Shown: positions 1 to 12,703, counted from the stretch's first letter. The stretch is 64,000 nt of DNA from Lepidodermella squamata (GCA_047495785.1 JBLDXI010000013.1:806001-870000), one strand, 5' to 3'. Notes: a model not told the origin generated them from the sequence alone. Program-made: numbers and translations.

Positions 1-3000
1 AAGTTGATTTACCACAGCCGCTAGGGCCTACTAGAGCAATAGTTTGGCCTGTGTGTGCTTTGAAAGAGAGCCCTCTCAAGATTGGAATCTCAGGTCGGTT
101 CGGATATTGGAATCGCACATCGCGAAATTCGATGTTACCAAAGAATTCCATCAACTTATCACCCTCAGACGTTGCCCAGTCTACCGCAGGTTTCAAGTTG
201 ATGAGTTCGAAAATTTTACCAGCCGCGACTCGGGCACGACCCATATCGGGCACATAGGCAGCCATGCGACCTGCGGCTAGACCACCCGTAGTTGCCATGT
301 TGTAGATTCGGAACAAGAGGACGAATTCTAGATCTCCCGAATCGACCAAGGTGCTTCCGAAGCCGAAGACGAGGGCCCATGACCAAAACAGCATACCGTT
401 GGCAAATCCCATAGCAGCGGCTATTATTGCGGCTTTCCTCGTCGCTTTCTTCACGTTTTCTTCAAAGGTATCATTGAAAAATTCGAGGAAGTAGGGATGC
501 TGGCCGAGCGAGACTACTGTTCGCATATTTCCTATTGCCTCAGTACTGGCCTGAGAAACTTGTTTGAGCGCCTTATTGTCCTTCTTAGCTGATCCCATGT
601 TAACGCGAACGGCAAACATGCTCGCGAGGATGAAGACGGGAATGACAGCAAAAGCCGCTAGCGTGACGTCCCACCTTAAAGTGAGGCCATACACAAAAGC
701 AGTGCCAATGTTAGCGCCCAGATTAAGAATGACTCCAATACGAGAGCCTGAGGCACCCTGAACGGCTGTGGTATCTGTTGCCAACGTGGCAGATAGCGAA
801 CCCGGTTGGTTTTCCGGTCTGTCGAACCACGAAATATCTTGGCGTAACATCGATGCAAATGACCATTTGCGTAAACGGGCGGTTAGTTTTTCGCCAGATA
901 TGCCGAAAAACGCAAATTGCGTTGAGAAAGACACAAGCAGAATCAATCCGACTATCAGCTGAGCCAACGTGTTGCGCTGGCTCTCCTCCTCTCTCGCACC
1001 TTGATCGGTCTCGGAAAAGGTGCCAACTTGGTTACTGATAATGGTCGACTGCAACGGGTAGACCAGGCCGGCAACAATAGCAGCCAAAGACCCGAACAAG
1101 ATGAAATACCACTCCTTCGAGTTCCACTTCAGCACCACCCAGAGAGGAGCCGGTTTCGTCTTTTCTTCCTATTTAACGACAAAATACGATAAAAAGTGAA
1201 CAGGTCGATTGCTGCCAACTTACGCCCTCTTCTTCTGTATTTTCGCTTTCTTCTCCAACAGTATCCGCGGAGATGACACTGGAGCGCCGAGCTTCAACCT
1301 TGCCACCCAAGCTTTTCCGGCTGGTAACTGTCGAAGTCCTCTTACGTTGCGATCCCAGTCGCCTAAATTAATTACCATAGAAGATAAAACTTGTTCAATT
1401 TCTTCTTTTTTTCTTTACTTTAACATGGCCTCGGGACTGTCTTCGTCCTGATCGCCTTCGTCATCCGAATCTTTTTTGCCTTCGCTCATCAGCTGAGCGG
1501 CGGCCAGCGCGTAGTAGGCACCTTTTTCGCCCCTGGAAATAAGGTCAGTATGAGTACCAGCCTCGACAATTTCGCCGTCACGCATCACCAGGATGAGATC
1601 GGCATTCTTGATCGTCGACAAGCGATGCGCAATGACAATCGTTGTACGACCCTGCGACGCATTATCGAGTGCCTGCTGCACAACGCGCTCGCTGTGAGTA
1701 TCCAACGCACTGGTCGCCTCGTCTAGCAGCAGAATTCGCGGGTTCTTTATGATACCGCGCGCAATGGCGATACGCTGCTTTTGCCCTCCTGAAAGTTGAG
1801 CCCCTCTATCACCAACAAATGTATCGTATTTCTGGACATTAGAGCAAAAAATGTAGAAAATCAGGCCAGATAAGAAAATAAGCAGCTTACATCTGGTAAC
1901 AGGCTGATAAAGCCATGGGCGTTCGCCAGTTTCGCTGCTGCGATTATTTCTTCCATAGTCGCGCCCGGTTTGCCCATGCGAATGTTTTCGGCAATCGAAC
2001 GGCTGAATAAAACGGGCTCTTGACCGACAAAGCCGATTTGGTCGCGAACCCAGCCAACATTAAGCGACCTGATATCTCTGCCGTCTAGCGTCACTCGACC
2101 AGCAGCGGCGTTGTAGAATCGAAGTAAAATCTGAATAATCGTCGATTTCCCAGAGCCACTAGGCCCAACCAAGGCAACGGTTTGGCCTGGTTTGACGGAG
2201 AAAGAAATTCCTTTCAAAATTTTGTAGTCAGGCGTTTTCGGGTAAGCAAATTCAACATTTTCCACGTCGATGTGGCCATGGACAACGGCCGGCCTTTCAC
2301 CCTGCGTATCGAAGTTGTCCAGCTGGGTCGGCTGTAAATTTAAAACTAATTTTTTTGACCGTAAGCAAAATTGATTCTTACATCGTCAATAATGTTGAAG
2401 ATTTGAGCTGCTGCGACGCGAGCAGTGGCAAGCGTTTCTAAATTAGGCGCAGCTTGGCCGAAATTCATTGCTCCGACCATGATTCCAAGCAAAACTAAAT
2501 TCACGTCACCACCTGTGAAACCAAGTATTATCGCGAGTTGTATTGTAAGAGGAAAAATTACCAGAAGATTTGCTGATATTCAAACCGTACCAAAACGCCA
2601 AAACTTGTAGCGATGTCAAAGCGAACCAAATCAACCCCTGGCCAAGTCCCGTGACCAGAGCTTTCCGAATGCCTGTTACCTGCGCTTCGTTCAAGTTGTT
2701 CGCGTAGCTGGAAAATGGCAATTCATTACATGTTTTGGAACTTCTCAGTAGCATACCGGTCAACTTCCCAGTCCTGCCGGCCGAAAGCTGTGACAGTGCG
2801 AATGTTTCCAAGAGTTTGAAGAGCCAAACTGCCGGCTTTCGCATAGGCGGCGGATTGCCTCGCGCCGAACATTCTCATTGATCTGGTCATGCCTGCTGCC
2901 AATAACAGCAGAACAGGCACTAAAGACGCGACCACGGCAGCCAACTCCGGGTCGGCCGCGAAACTGACGATAAAACCCGATATAAACGTCACAAGCATTT

Positions 3001-4645
3001 GAATAGTCGTTGATATCTTCTCCCCAAGACCGTCTTGCAGTTTCGAGGTTTCGCTAATCAAAAAATTGCTTAGACAAATCATTAACGTCTTTTTAGAGAA
3101 CAAACTCGTAAAGTTGGGAATTCAGCGCTCTGATGTCACGAACATCGAACCAGCCAATGTGTTTGGAAAGAATCGATTCAAATAGAGCGCATCGGATTTT
3201 GCAAACTTGACGCTCGGCGACCAAATTCCAGAAGAAAATGTGAGCGAAAGCGAAAAACATCGTGGCAAGACCCAAGCCGACTAGACCCAGTACATCGGAT
3301 ATAATGTCGTCAGAAGACGTCAACTTATCTCCCCAGCATCGTTCCTTATTGTCTAGGAACAATGGTGGCGTTATCACATCAATCCTGCAACGAAGAATCG
3401 GCGGTTTAAAATGTGCAAAATACAAGCAAGCAGCAAGCTAGCCGAATTTACCTCCTTATAGAAATGCAAGCTTCTAGCATTTAGTTTTGACTCATTACTT
3501 GGCATCGAAATCTATCAGTTTGCAGGCTTCGATTGTTTCTTGCGCGATAGTGCAATTCTGCACCGACCAGTGGGTATTGTCGACGGGAGCCAGGGTTGGA
3601 CGAGTAATTGAAAATGTAACGTCGTAGAAAATGTTGGAAGCAGTTGTTGTCAAATAATCCAAGCAATCAGTTCCGTTAAGTTTCGAGTTGGCATTGTTGC
3701 AGATAAGCTTGCATCGGTCTCTCAAATCCCTGCTAACCTCTTTTCGAACCTCAGTTTCTATAAGTACGTTTAGAATATTTCGGTAGAATAACAAGCTACA
3801 GGGAAGTGCAACGCCGTGACACATTGCCGCGATCACTCCGAAAAACATTAATATTCGATCAGATTTATCCGAATAGCGAAACTAGAAGAAAACGAGTGTA
3901 ATTTATCATTAGTTTTTTGGCCAAGGTTACCATTCCACGCCATGACACTGGCTTGATAACAACCGGCTTGGGGGTGTCTGCTTTGGCCGGTGGAGGTTTT
4001 GCTGTGCCCTCAGGCGGTGGTATATCGATGGCTACTTCACCGCGAGTTTTAAGCTCGATGTCGTTCTGATTTCTGCAAAGTGATTTACAATAAAACCCGA
4101 AAATTTGACACACAAATTGCTTACGCTGTCTGCAGATGGCCCTCGGTTCCGCGTCGTTTCGCGTTCTTTTGGAAAGCTTTGGCTGCTGCTTGGTCTCGCC
4201 TTTCAAAATGCGGAGTTGGAAGGGACGTGATGGTGTCCTGAGCTTCAACTCGCTGACTTTCAGTAATTTCGCCTAGCTCGATATCGGCTGCAACATTCGC
4301 ATAAGCTCCTTTCTCGCTTGCTGGTAGTGACTGAATTTCATGAAGCGTTTCCGGGCTCTCCTCGGGGTCGACCTCAAATCCTTGGTTTTCAGCGCCTTCA
4401 AGGTCATATCCACCTTCTCGGCCACTGGAACTACTCGAATCAGAAGAAGAATCCGCATAGATGCTGGATTCGACATTCGGCCGCGATTTTCTACGTTCCT
4501 CCGCCTCTGCGGCCGGTGTGACGGGCGCAGGAGACGATGGAGGAACTTCCAGCGATGCTCTCATCTGACCGACAGGATTGTCCCAATCATCGCCAAAACG
4601 CTCCGCTAGAATCTGTGTAGTCGGACGCGGGTTATTCGATGACAT
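1..4645 (-). CDS. ABCB1: ABCB1/P-glycoprotein-type full ABC transporter (multi-exon; 3' end lies beyond the left window edge)
   Basis: Spliced reading from ATG 4645 gives TMD1, then NBD1 ([53 protein letters not shown]), a linker, TMD2, and the NBD2 Walker A ([12 protein letters not shown]) at the window edge. About 10 short GT-AG introns keep the frame. Confidence 0.95.
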
Positions 4646-6107
4646 AGAAAACAATCGTGTTAAAAATCCTAAGAGATAAATTAAGGACGCTGGATCGTAT
4701 ATGCATTCACGTAAAATGTCCGCCAGGAGCGGGCAGGAGAACTGAACAAAAATACGAGACTACGCAAACAACAAAGCATAAGTGCGAAGTATCCTATTGT
4801 AGATAAGCCTGCATTAGCAGTTATAAACTATAAATGCTACGCTTTTATCAAAGGAAGTGTTATCGCAGTGAACGGGATGATAAGTTTTTTGCTGAAAAGA
4901 GCACAGGGTGTGATGGCAAAATGATCAACTGATTCGACAATCATACCTAGATATATTTGAAACTACAAGAATTAGAAATATAAATAAGTAACTGAAATAG
5001 GTAACTGGATCATTAAAACAATAAATGGCGAGCTCTCGGCAAAATCAAACCAATGGGGGTGGGGAAACTATCTTTCCTTACATGAGCAAGCACTCATTTA
5101 TCGGAGCCGAATATAGAGCCGTGCATTTTATTTCATTATTCATGAAATTGCCAAGGTTAAGCGAGAGGGCTACATGAAGTCAGAATAAGCATCATGGCAA
5201 TAGAGCAAGGAAAACATTCGTTCATCTAGATAACAATAGTATTAAAACTGGCTAGTCAGCGGAGATTTAAGGGACTGATCGGCTATCGAAATTTATTCCG
5301 AAATGCTATTTGCAGCGGGGAAGAGTTATTATTTACTTATTATGAAGAAAGAGCATCAGTGGACCGATTTGAAATCGGTGATTTCCCATCTTTGCACTTG
5401 GGGTAACTTATCCATGCGTTGAATATAAAAATACTTGCTGCTACATAAAATGAAAGTTAACGTCGGTTTAAGCTTAAAAATATACTTTTAATAACTCTTC
5501 CTTTAGAATCATCAATGACAATGGGCATATTGCAGCTGTCTTGTATAAGACCATGAATTCACTAATGCAACATGACAAGGAAGTATTTTTCTCGAACCCT
5601 ACGCAATATAGAACTTTTAAGAATGTACGGAGCGACGCAAGTCGAGCAAGCTAATCAGCTCAATGTCAGCTTTATCGGCAGCGCATTATCACATCGCAAA
5701 ACGGAAGAACAGTAACTAGAACAACAACAAAACCGTCGAACTGCATATTGGAGACAATTCACAAATATATTTCTCAAATATATTGTAAGACCTTAATAAG
5801 ACCTTAAGCCATTCTTGAAGTATTGATAGTCGATAATTTCAGTATAGCTCGCTGTCTGGCAGGTCATTGATTAGCAGGGGAAGTCGAAGAATAAACAATA
5901 AAATTCTTCGAAATTCGTATATGATAGAATGGAACTGGATATTACTATGATCTTCTCGAAACACAGAGGGCGCTGCAAAAACGACACATTCACAAAGCAC
6001 GAACAATGTCTTCCCCTCGGACAGAATTGCAAGTAAGATGTGGGCGTTGCAGATGTGAAATCCCTGACCTACGCCGACAACTCACCCGCCTCCTCCACCC
6101 AAAACTT

Positions 6108-6749
6108 GCCGTAAGGTATTCCAGGATAGCCCCAATGTATAGTATACATCGTGTATAGCGCGCACTTGTATACTATACAACCGTATACTATACAGCGTGT
6201 ATACTATACATGTATACTATACAACCATGGAGTGCGCACTAGGTGCTTGTATACCATACATGTATACTATACAAGTTGCAACTTCTTGAGCGCGCTTCTA
6301 TGCAATCTACGCGCACTCTACACAAGAAACAGCTTTTTAAAGCTCCTGTAATCAACTATTTTCGAGCCAATCAAATTATTACTCTTCTAGACATGTCCCT
6401 CAGTCCACAGTCTGGCCACAATTCAATTTGGCTGTAAAATTCATACCTAATTTTCCCGAAGCTGAATGCTAAACGCTTGTTCATAGAGCCTAGAGCAACT
6501 ACCGAATTATCTAAATTCGAATGTTAAGCAGGGGGTCATGCTTCTACCAACTTGATCTGCATTTTAGGTTTGAAAACGGCAGTAAATTTGACGTACTTGT
6601 ATGGTATACAAGTGCGCGCGCGCATCCGCAGCTTGTATAGTATACATGTATAGTATACACGCTGTATAGTATACGGTTGTATAGTATACAAGTGCGCGCT
6701 ATACACGATGTATACTATACATTGGGGCTATCCCGGAATACCTTACGGC
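6108..6749. mobile_element. Non-autonomous DNA transposon (MITE), 642 bp, with 117-bp TIRs and an 8-bp TSD
   Basis: TIRs at 6108-6224 and 6633-6749 (start GCCGTAAGGTATTCC) differ by 1 mismatch. The direct repeat CAAAACTT flanks both ends (6100-6107, 6750-6757). The interior has no credible coding sequence. Confidence 0.93.
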
Positions 6750-8107
6750 CAAAACTTCAACTCCATCGCGGACCCATCAGGTGGGCAATTCAACGCGCCA
6801 AAACTTTATGTGAAGGTCGTCCCAGCTGTCAGCGCATTTTCCGATTTCCTGTGTATAATAAATTATTATATAATCATTTACACGCTATGTATGCACTAAT
6901 AAATTCTTAGGAAAAGCAGAAAAAGGGGCGCGAAAAACAAACGGTCAACGTTGGCCGGCGTTCTGAGTTGGGTTGCGATCGAAACTTGGCTATGTGAGTT
7001 GGCTGTTAGTATACTTGCTGGTTACTTAATCGGTTGCTAAATGACACTTGCTAGGCAGTATTTCTATCACATCCTTTACCCACCTTAGGTTTTTTCAATC
7101 CCTCGAATACCTTTGAAGTTTTCCGCTAGAGTCTTAGCTTCAAGTCAATTGTCAATTCCCTCCCCAGTTGATTTGCCGACCCCATTCTCTAGTGGCGGGG
7201 GCAACGATATGACACCGTTCACAAGAAAACAACCAAATTCCGTTAACTTGAGATGAACAACTGGAAAGAATTTTGCTCGGACTCGTTAGCAAATCATTAA
7301 ATGCATATAGCTTTTATTTTTGACGGTCTCAACATCCTGAGATGACAAGGGCGCTTCGTTGTCAACGTCCCGCCTTCTTTAGCTAGTATGGGTGAATTGG
7401 CGCTCAAATTCTGCGTAACTCATGGCGAGATTAGGGTCCTATCGTGTTTGATTTCTCATATGAGGGGGTGAGTACTGGGTTATGCAGCAATCCCCGATTC
7501 CCAATCAGCCTCTTCTCGCCGCTACCGCGTTTCTCTCATACTCGATTAATGTTTCATTTTGTCATCTGTCAGAGATCAGGAATTAGGAACTGATAGAGGG
7601 TGACCTGCAATGCTTTGGATATTGTTCTTTATTCTTTAAAGTCGTTCGATGGCTTTGCGACGGCCTTTTCACTAACTTCGGATTGTTACTTGTTCACATA
7701 GCCTCATTCTTCATTCAATTCGTTGATTGTTGGTATTATCAATAGTTCACCTGTTTTGCCTAAAGTTGATAATGCCTTTCAATGCCAAATATCAGTCATA
7801 TACTTGTTCTCAAGAAATCATCAATCAAGCTAAGCATACTTAGTAGTAGTTGTTGTACTATCCTCGTTTTTGTTGTACACTCACTACCTTCTTACCCGAT
7901 TTTTTGGCTGGCTGCAGCCTGCAGCATATAATAGTTGCTAAAGTATGTGCAATAACACAACAAGTAGCACTGAAATAGCTTGTTAGGAATTGTGTATTTT
8001 TCTTTCAAAATATTCTTATATACGAGTTTTACCTATTTATGCGCTTATTTTAGGTATTTGTGATTTTTTAAAACATTTTTTTCTACTTGGAAAGCAGCGC
8101 TGCTTGA

Positions 8108-10267
8108 ATGGGTAAGTTGATTATTTATTTCACCTTTTTCTTTCTACTTGCCAAATTTGACGAGGTCATCCTCGCTGTGTCAGTGATACACATATCTTGC
8201 TGCTATTAACTTGTCGAGATAGTAGATGAAATGTAAATGAGCTGCGATGGTGATGATAGCGGAATAGGGCTAGGGTAACCATGGGACCGCAGTGGCGTGC
8301 ATATGCAATTAGGGCCAAGTATTTGGCCGCGGCTAGTTACACATGTTTTGTTGAGTTCTCATCATGTCGACCCGCTTTCACTTGGCATATTTGCGTTGCG
8401 ATTACACGAGCAGAACAGCTTCATTGTAATAACTAGCTCTTCCCTCTCTGGGTTTTATTGTGGAGGAAGGCTTATAATTTCGCTCATAGCTAATAAATGG
8501 CGTCCTCTACTTTACCGGCGCGTTATACAGGTACTTGCCAAGCCATGACATATTAATAATTCCACCTTTGTTATTCATTTGTATATGACAATTTCGGCTA
8601 TTTGCTGTCGCTTCCATCAGCATCTACGGTGAGGAGTCTTATTTTAATTCACGTTCTAAGTTTACCTGTTTAATATCGTTAACAGCTCACCAGTAAACGA
8701 GAGGAGTTTCTGCGAGCTCACGCTGGTGGTGCATCGTCTCGTAGCGAGCAAAACCCTAGTGTCGCCACTTCATACGCGCCAACTTTGGAGAAACCGCTGA
8801 AAACGGCGACGATAAAAAGTTTGAACGCTGCCGAGACCGCGTCGATTTCTTCATCGACATCGTCGGGCGCACATAATTATGTCGGTTTCAGCAGTTTACC
8901 GAACCAGGCCTACAGAAGCGCAGTCCGGCGTGGCGTTGATTTCAATTTGATGGTCGTAGGTCCATCGGGCAGCGGGAAAAGCACATTTGTTAACACGCTG
9001 CTTGAAGCCGAAGTTTACGGGGCTGATTACAACGGCCCATCGGCTCGCATCGGAAAAACAGTTCGCGTGGATAAAACTCAGATTTTACTGCGTGAATCCA
9101 CTGTTTCAGTTCGTCTCAATGTTATTGACACTCCAGGATTCGGCGATGCAGTTGATAACACTAATTGGTTTGTTTAGCCGAAAATTTCTCAACATTTCAA
9201 AATCAATGGCGATTTATTTGTAGCTGGGACCCTATTATCGACTATCTCGATCGAACATTTGAAGAGTATTTGACTGCGGAAATGCGAGTTAATCGACAGG
9301 TTATTCAAGACTCGAGGGTCCATTGTTGTCTCTACTTCATTCAAGCCGGCTTGCATGGGTAATTTCCTGAATTTTAGCCAATAGAGCGTTTCTATTTATC
9401 GATTTTAGGTTGAGACCTATCGATATCGAATGTCTGAAAAAACTTGGTTCGAAAGTGAACGTCGTTCCGGTTATTTCCAAGGCGGACACAATGACCGCCG
9501 AGGAGCTGAAGCACTTCAAAAGTCTTATTATGTCCGAACTCGCTGCTAACCAAATCAAGGTATACCATTTTCCGGAACTCGCCGGCGCCGACGACACTTT
9601 CGGCCGCCTGTCCGCAAATGACAACGGCGGCGGCCAGCGAATTTTCCGCGAACGACAGCCTTTTGCCGTGGTTGGGTCGAATTGCCGGCTTGAACTGCCG
9701 GGCGGTCGAGTTGTGCGAGCCCGTCGATACCCGTGGGGCATTGTCGAGGTCGAAAATCCAGATCACAACGACTTTTTAGCCCTGAGGACGTTGTTGATTC
9801 GAACTCACCTGCCTCACATGAAAGACGTTACACATACCTCGCATTACGAAGCGTATCGCCAGGAGAAACTGGCCGCTGCGTTGACGGTGCCGGGCGAGAA
9901 TGACCCGGATCCTCTGATGAAAATGTCGCAGGAAAAACGGGCGCTTAACGACAAGCTGCGTCGCATGGAGGCGCAGATGGAGCAAGTTTTCGAGCAGAAG
10001 GTGCGCGAGAAGAAGAAGAAACTTCACGACTCGGAGGCCGATCTCGAGCAGCGGGCGCTGGCGATGCGGAAGAACCAGGAAGCGCAGGCGGCCGAAAACA
10101 GCGAAAAGGCGCGCAAATTCGAGGTTGAACTTCGCGAATGGCGCCAGCAATTCGGCCATCTCGAAAACATCGCCCTCTCGATGGTCGCGAATGCCGGCTC
10201 GCCTATCGGTGCTAAAACGGACCCTGCAGTAGCCGATAAAGCGAAAAAGGGCAAAAAGTTTTTCTAA
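8108..10267 (+). CDS. SEPT7: Septin, SEPT7-like
   Basis: Predicted exons: 8108-8111, 8621-8628, 8686-9167, 9224-9358, 9409-10267. Motifs: [11 protein letters not shown]1 [10 protein letters not shown]3 [16 protein letters not shown]4 SKAD, RRYPWG. It ends in a coiled coil and KAKKGKKFF, resembling the SEPT7 C-terminus. The first two tiny exons are less certain. Confidence 0.9.
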
Positions 10268-11390
10268 AACTAGTTGTTCGTCATTTTTTCTACCGATTTT
10301 TGTTCAAACTTGGTCGTTTTTTAATGCATGCGCATAATTTCCCTGAATTGCTCATCCGCCTTATTCTGCCAGCAATAAATAACGTTAGCTCAGCATTTTT
10401 TCTGAATTATAGTCAACGAATCTTCCGTTCTTCGAGATGAAGGTTGTGCATGTCAAGTTTTAAAAACGTTGCATCAGTTTTACTTTCTTATGCTGCGGCA
10501 TTATCGAATTGCATGTTTTGACGAAAAAAACAGCTGAAATTATAGATTTTACCCAACATATTGCCTACAAAAATCTTTGTTAATAAACCTGCTTATTACG
10601 ACTAACGTTGGATCAAAATAAAAAACGATGGTTTCTACATGTCTCTTTTGATATTTAAAAAAAAATTGAAGTATCGAAACTTGCTCAGCAAATTTTCACT
10701 CGGAGTGATCACGGTAAACGAAGGCGATCAGAGCGAAGAGGGCATATGGCTGCAATACATGAAAATGAAATTGACATATGGCATGGAATTCTTCGGACTT
10801 GAGAATTCTGAATTTGGAAGAAAATGATTTATTTTGAAATTTCGAAAATGGGCCATTTTGACCGCAGTAGGTCAAATAGTTTTCACGCGTTCAAACTTTC
10901 GTCAAAATTTTAAATCTTATCGAAACCTATCGGCGATTTCTCAGCAGACAATAACACCTGTTGATGCGAACATCATTCACGTTTTAGGTTTTCCTAATAC
11001 AGCTTTCGAATGATAGCCTGGTCGTTGCGTCTACCCCCGATTTCCAACATCCAGCATCCCGAAGTCGCCTGATCTAGGCATGCCACATCGCATGCATCAT
11101 CGCCAGGCATTTAAATTGGAAATGACTGAATTTTTGAATTTACCTTTAGAAATTTCTAGAATTTCTATTCGCTTGGCTCCTTCGGCGACAGCTTGCTGGC
11201 AATAACTGGCGGGATATATCAGCTGCCTGAGTTACCAGACTGGATGGCAACAGATGTAACTCAGGCACGCGACCATAGGCCTACTTGAGCTCAATAGATA
11301 TCGCAGTTCCCAATCATTATTCTCAGTTCGACATCAACACAAAACGCTTTCATACAATTTTTTAGAGCTTCCTGTTTCGTTCGCTGCAAA

Positions 11391-11851
11391 ATGAATACTG
11401 CCATCATCTTCATCGCCGTTGTTCTTTGTTCGGTTTTCGCTGTCACCGACTCCAATCCGGCAATAGCCGCAGCTGCCAGCGGCAAGACCCAAAATTTCGG
11501 CATGATGGGAATGGGCATGGGTTTGGGAGGAACCCTGGCATTCCTGAGTAAGTTTCACCGCTGAGATCATTTCCCGTTGTTGATTTATTCACATTTAGAT
11601 GAAATGACCTGCGGCCGGCCTTGTGGTATGTACTTCGGCTGTATGTCGGCTTGCGCTATGGGCGGCGTCCTAACCATGGGACCGATGTGTATGATGTGCC
11701 AGGCTCCGATGCAGTAGGTCTTAAACCTTTGAATCTATTCCTCCAATTCAAAACCGCTCTATTTTGCAGATGCATGTGTGACAGCTACATGTTCCCTGGT
11801 ATGTGGGGGCAAAATTGGAACAGCCTGCTGGGGATGTACGGCAAGAAGTAA
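11391..11851 (+). CDS. Small secreted Met/Gly/Cys-rich peptide precursor (117 aa), family unknown
   Basis: Exons 11391-11547, 11599-11713 and 11770-11851 are joined by 51- and 56-nt GT-AG introns into one frame. It has a signal peptide (MNTAIIFIAVVLCSVFAVTDS), 8 Cys in the mature part and a C-terminal YGKK. Confidence 0.8.
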
Positions 11852-12703
11852 AGGCGATCTATGCGCGCGCGAACAACATTATATTTGATTGTGCTCAAAG
11901 ATTTGTTAGCTATCTTTTTTACTGTTGGCATCATTGTTGCTGAATCAATTTTTAAATCACAATAATTTAACCTCAGATTCTCTGCGAAACACGATGAAAT
12001 AAAAAAATAGAACATGAATGTTGACGAACATCTTTTTTTAACCATCGTCTCGCGACGCAATAGAGAGTGGCTATTCACCGTTGAAATAGAAATTTCGAGC
12101 TGCGCAGTGTTGAATCTGCTGAGATTGAGCACCTAGTCGGTGCGTGTTAATTTTTTGCTTAATAAGAGATGGTGACGGCATGCTACATTTATAAACACCG
12201 TGAAAAGTTGCCAGGAGCCGCCGTCTTTCTCTGTTCACTTATTTAGAGGCGGTGTTTTTTTTCAACACGGCGCGCGCACCTGAAATCGATCGGCAACATT
12301 GCGCCAAAACACGCAGTAAAAAAAAGTAATGTGCACAAAAAACTAGCGATTATTTAGCGCGCTCACGTGCCATCAATGCGCCACCCATAGGTGCATTTTC
12401 GCGCATATTATGAGGCGAGCCAGCCCAGCAAAGGGAAAAGATTCAACGCGCAGTGGTGACGTGCGCTGGCCAGTTCTATTAACGATATTGGCCGACGTGT
12501 ATAGAAAAATCGCCGAGCTAGTGCGTATTTCGCGTGCCATTCAATGGCGAAGAAAGTCATTTTGATATTTTTATGCAAGAAAATTTGAGCACTAGAATGT
12601 TCCTAGCTGAATAATGTAGCTTCTTACCTATTTTTCCCGCGATGAATAATTTGACAGTATCACCTTGTAATTTTTAGAATTCCTAATTTTTTTCAAGACG
12701 AAA

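Noticed and set aside
44-1451. Plus-strand ORFs at the window start
   Set aside because: They are antisense shadows of the ABCB1 coding exons on the minus strand.
6136-6721. Repeated TGTATACTATACA units that resemble a CRISPR-like or iteron array
   Set aside because: The units are 13-bp palindromes within perfectly inverted arms with a TSD. There are no unique spacers or cas genes, and the context is eukaryotic. They are explained by the MITE.
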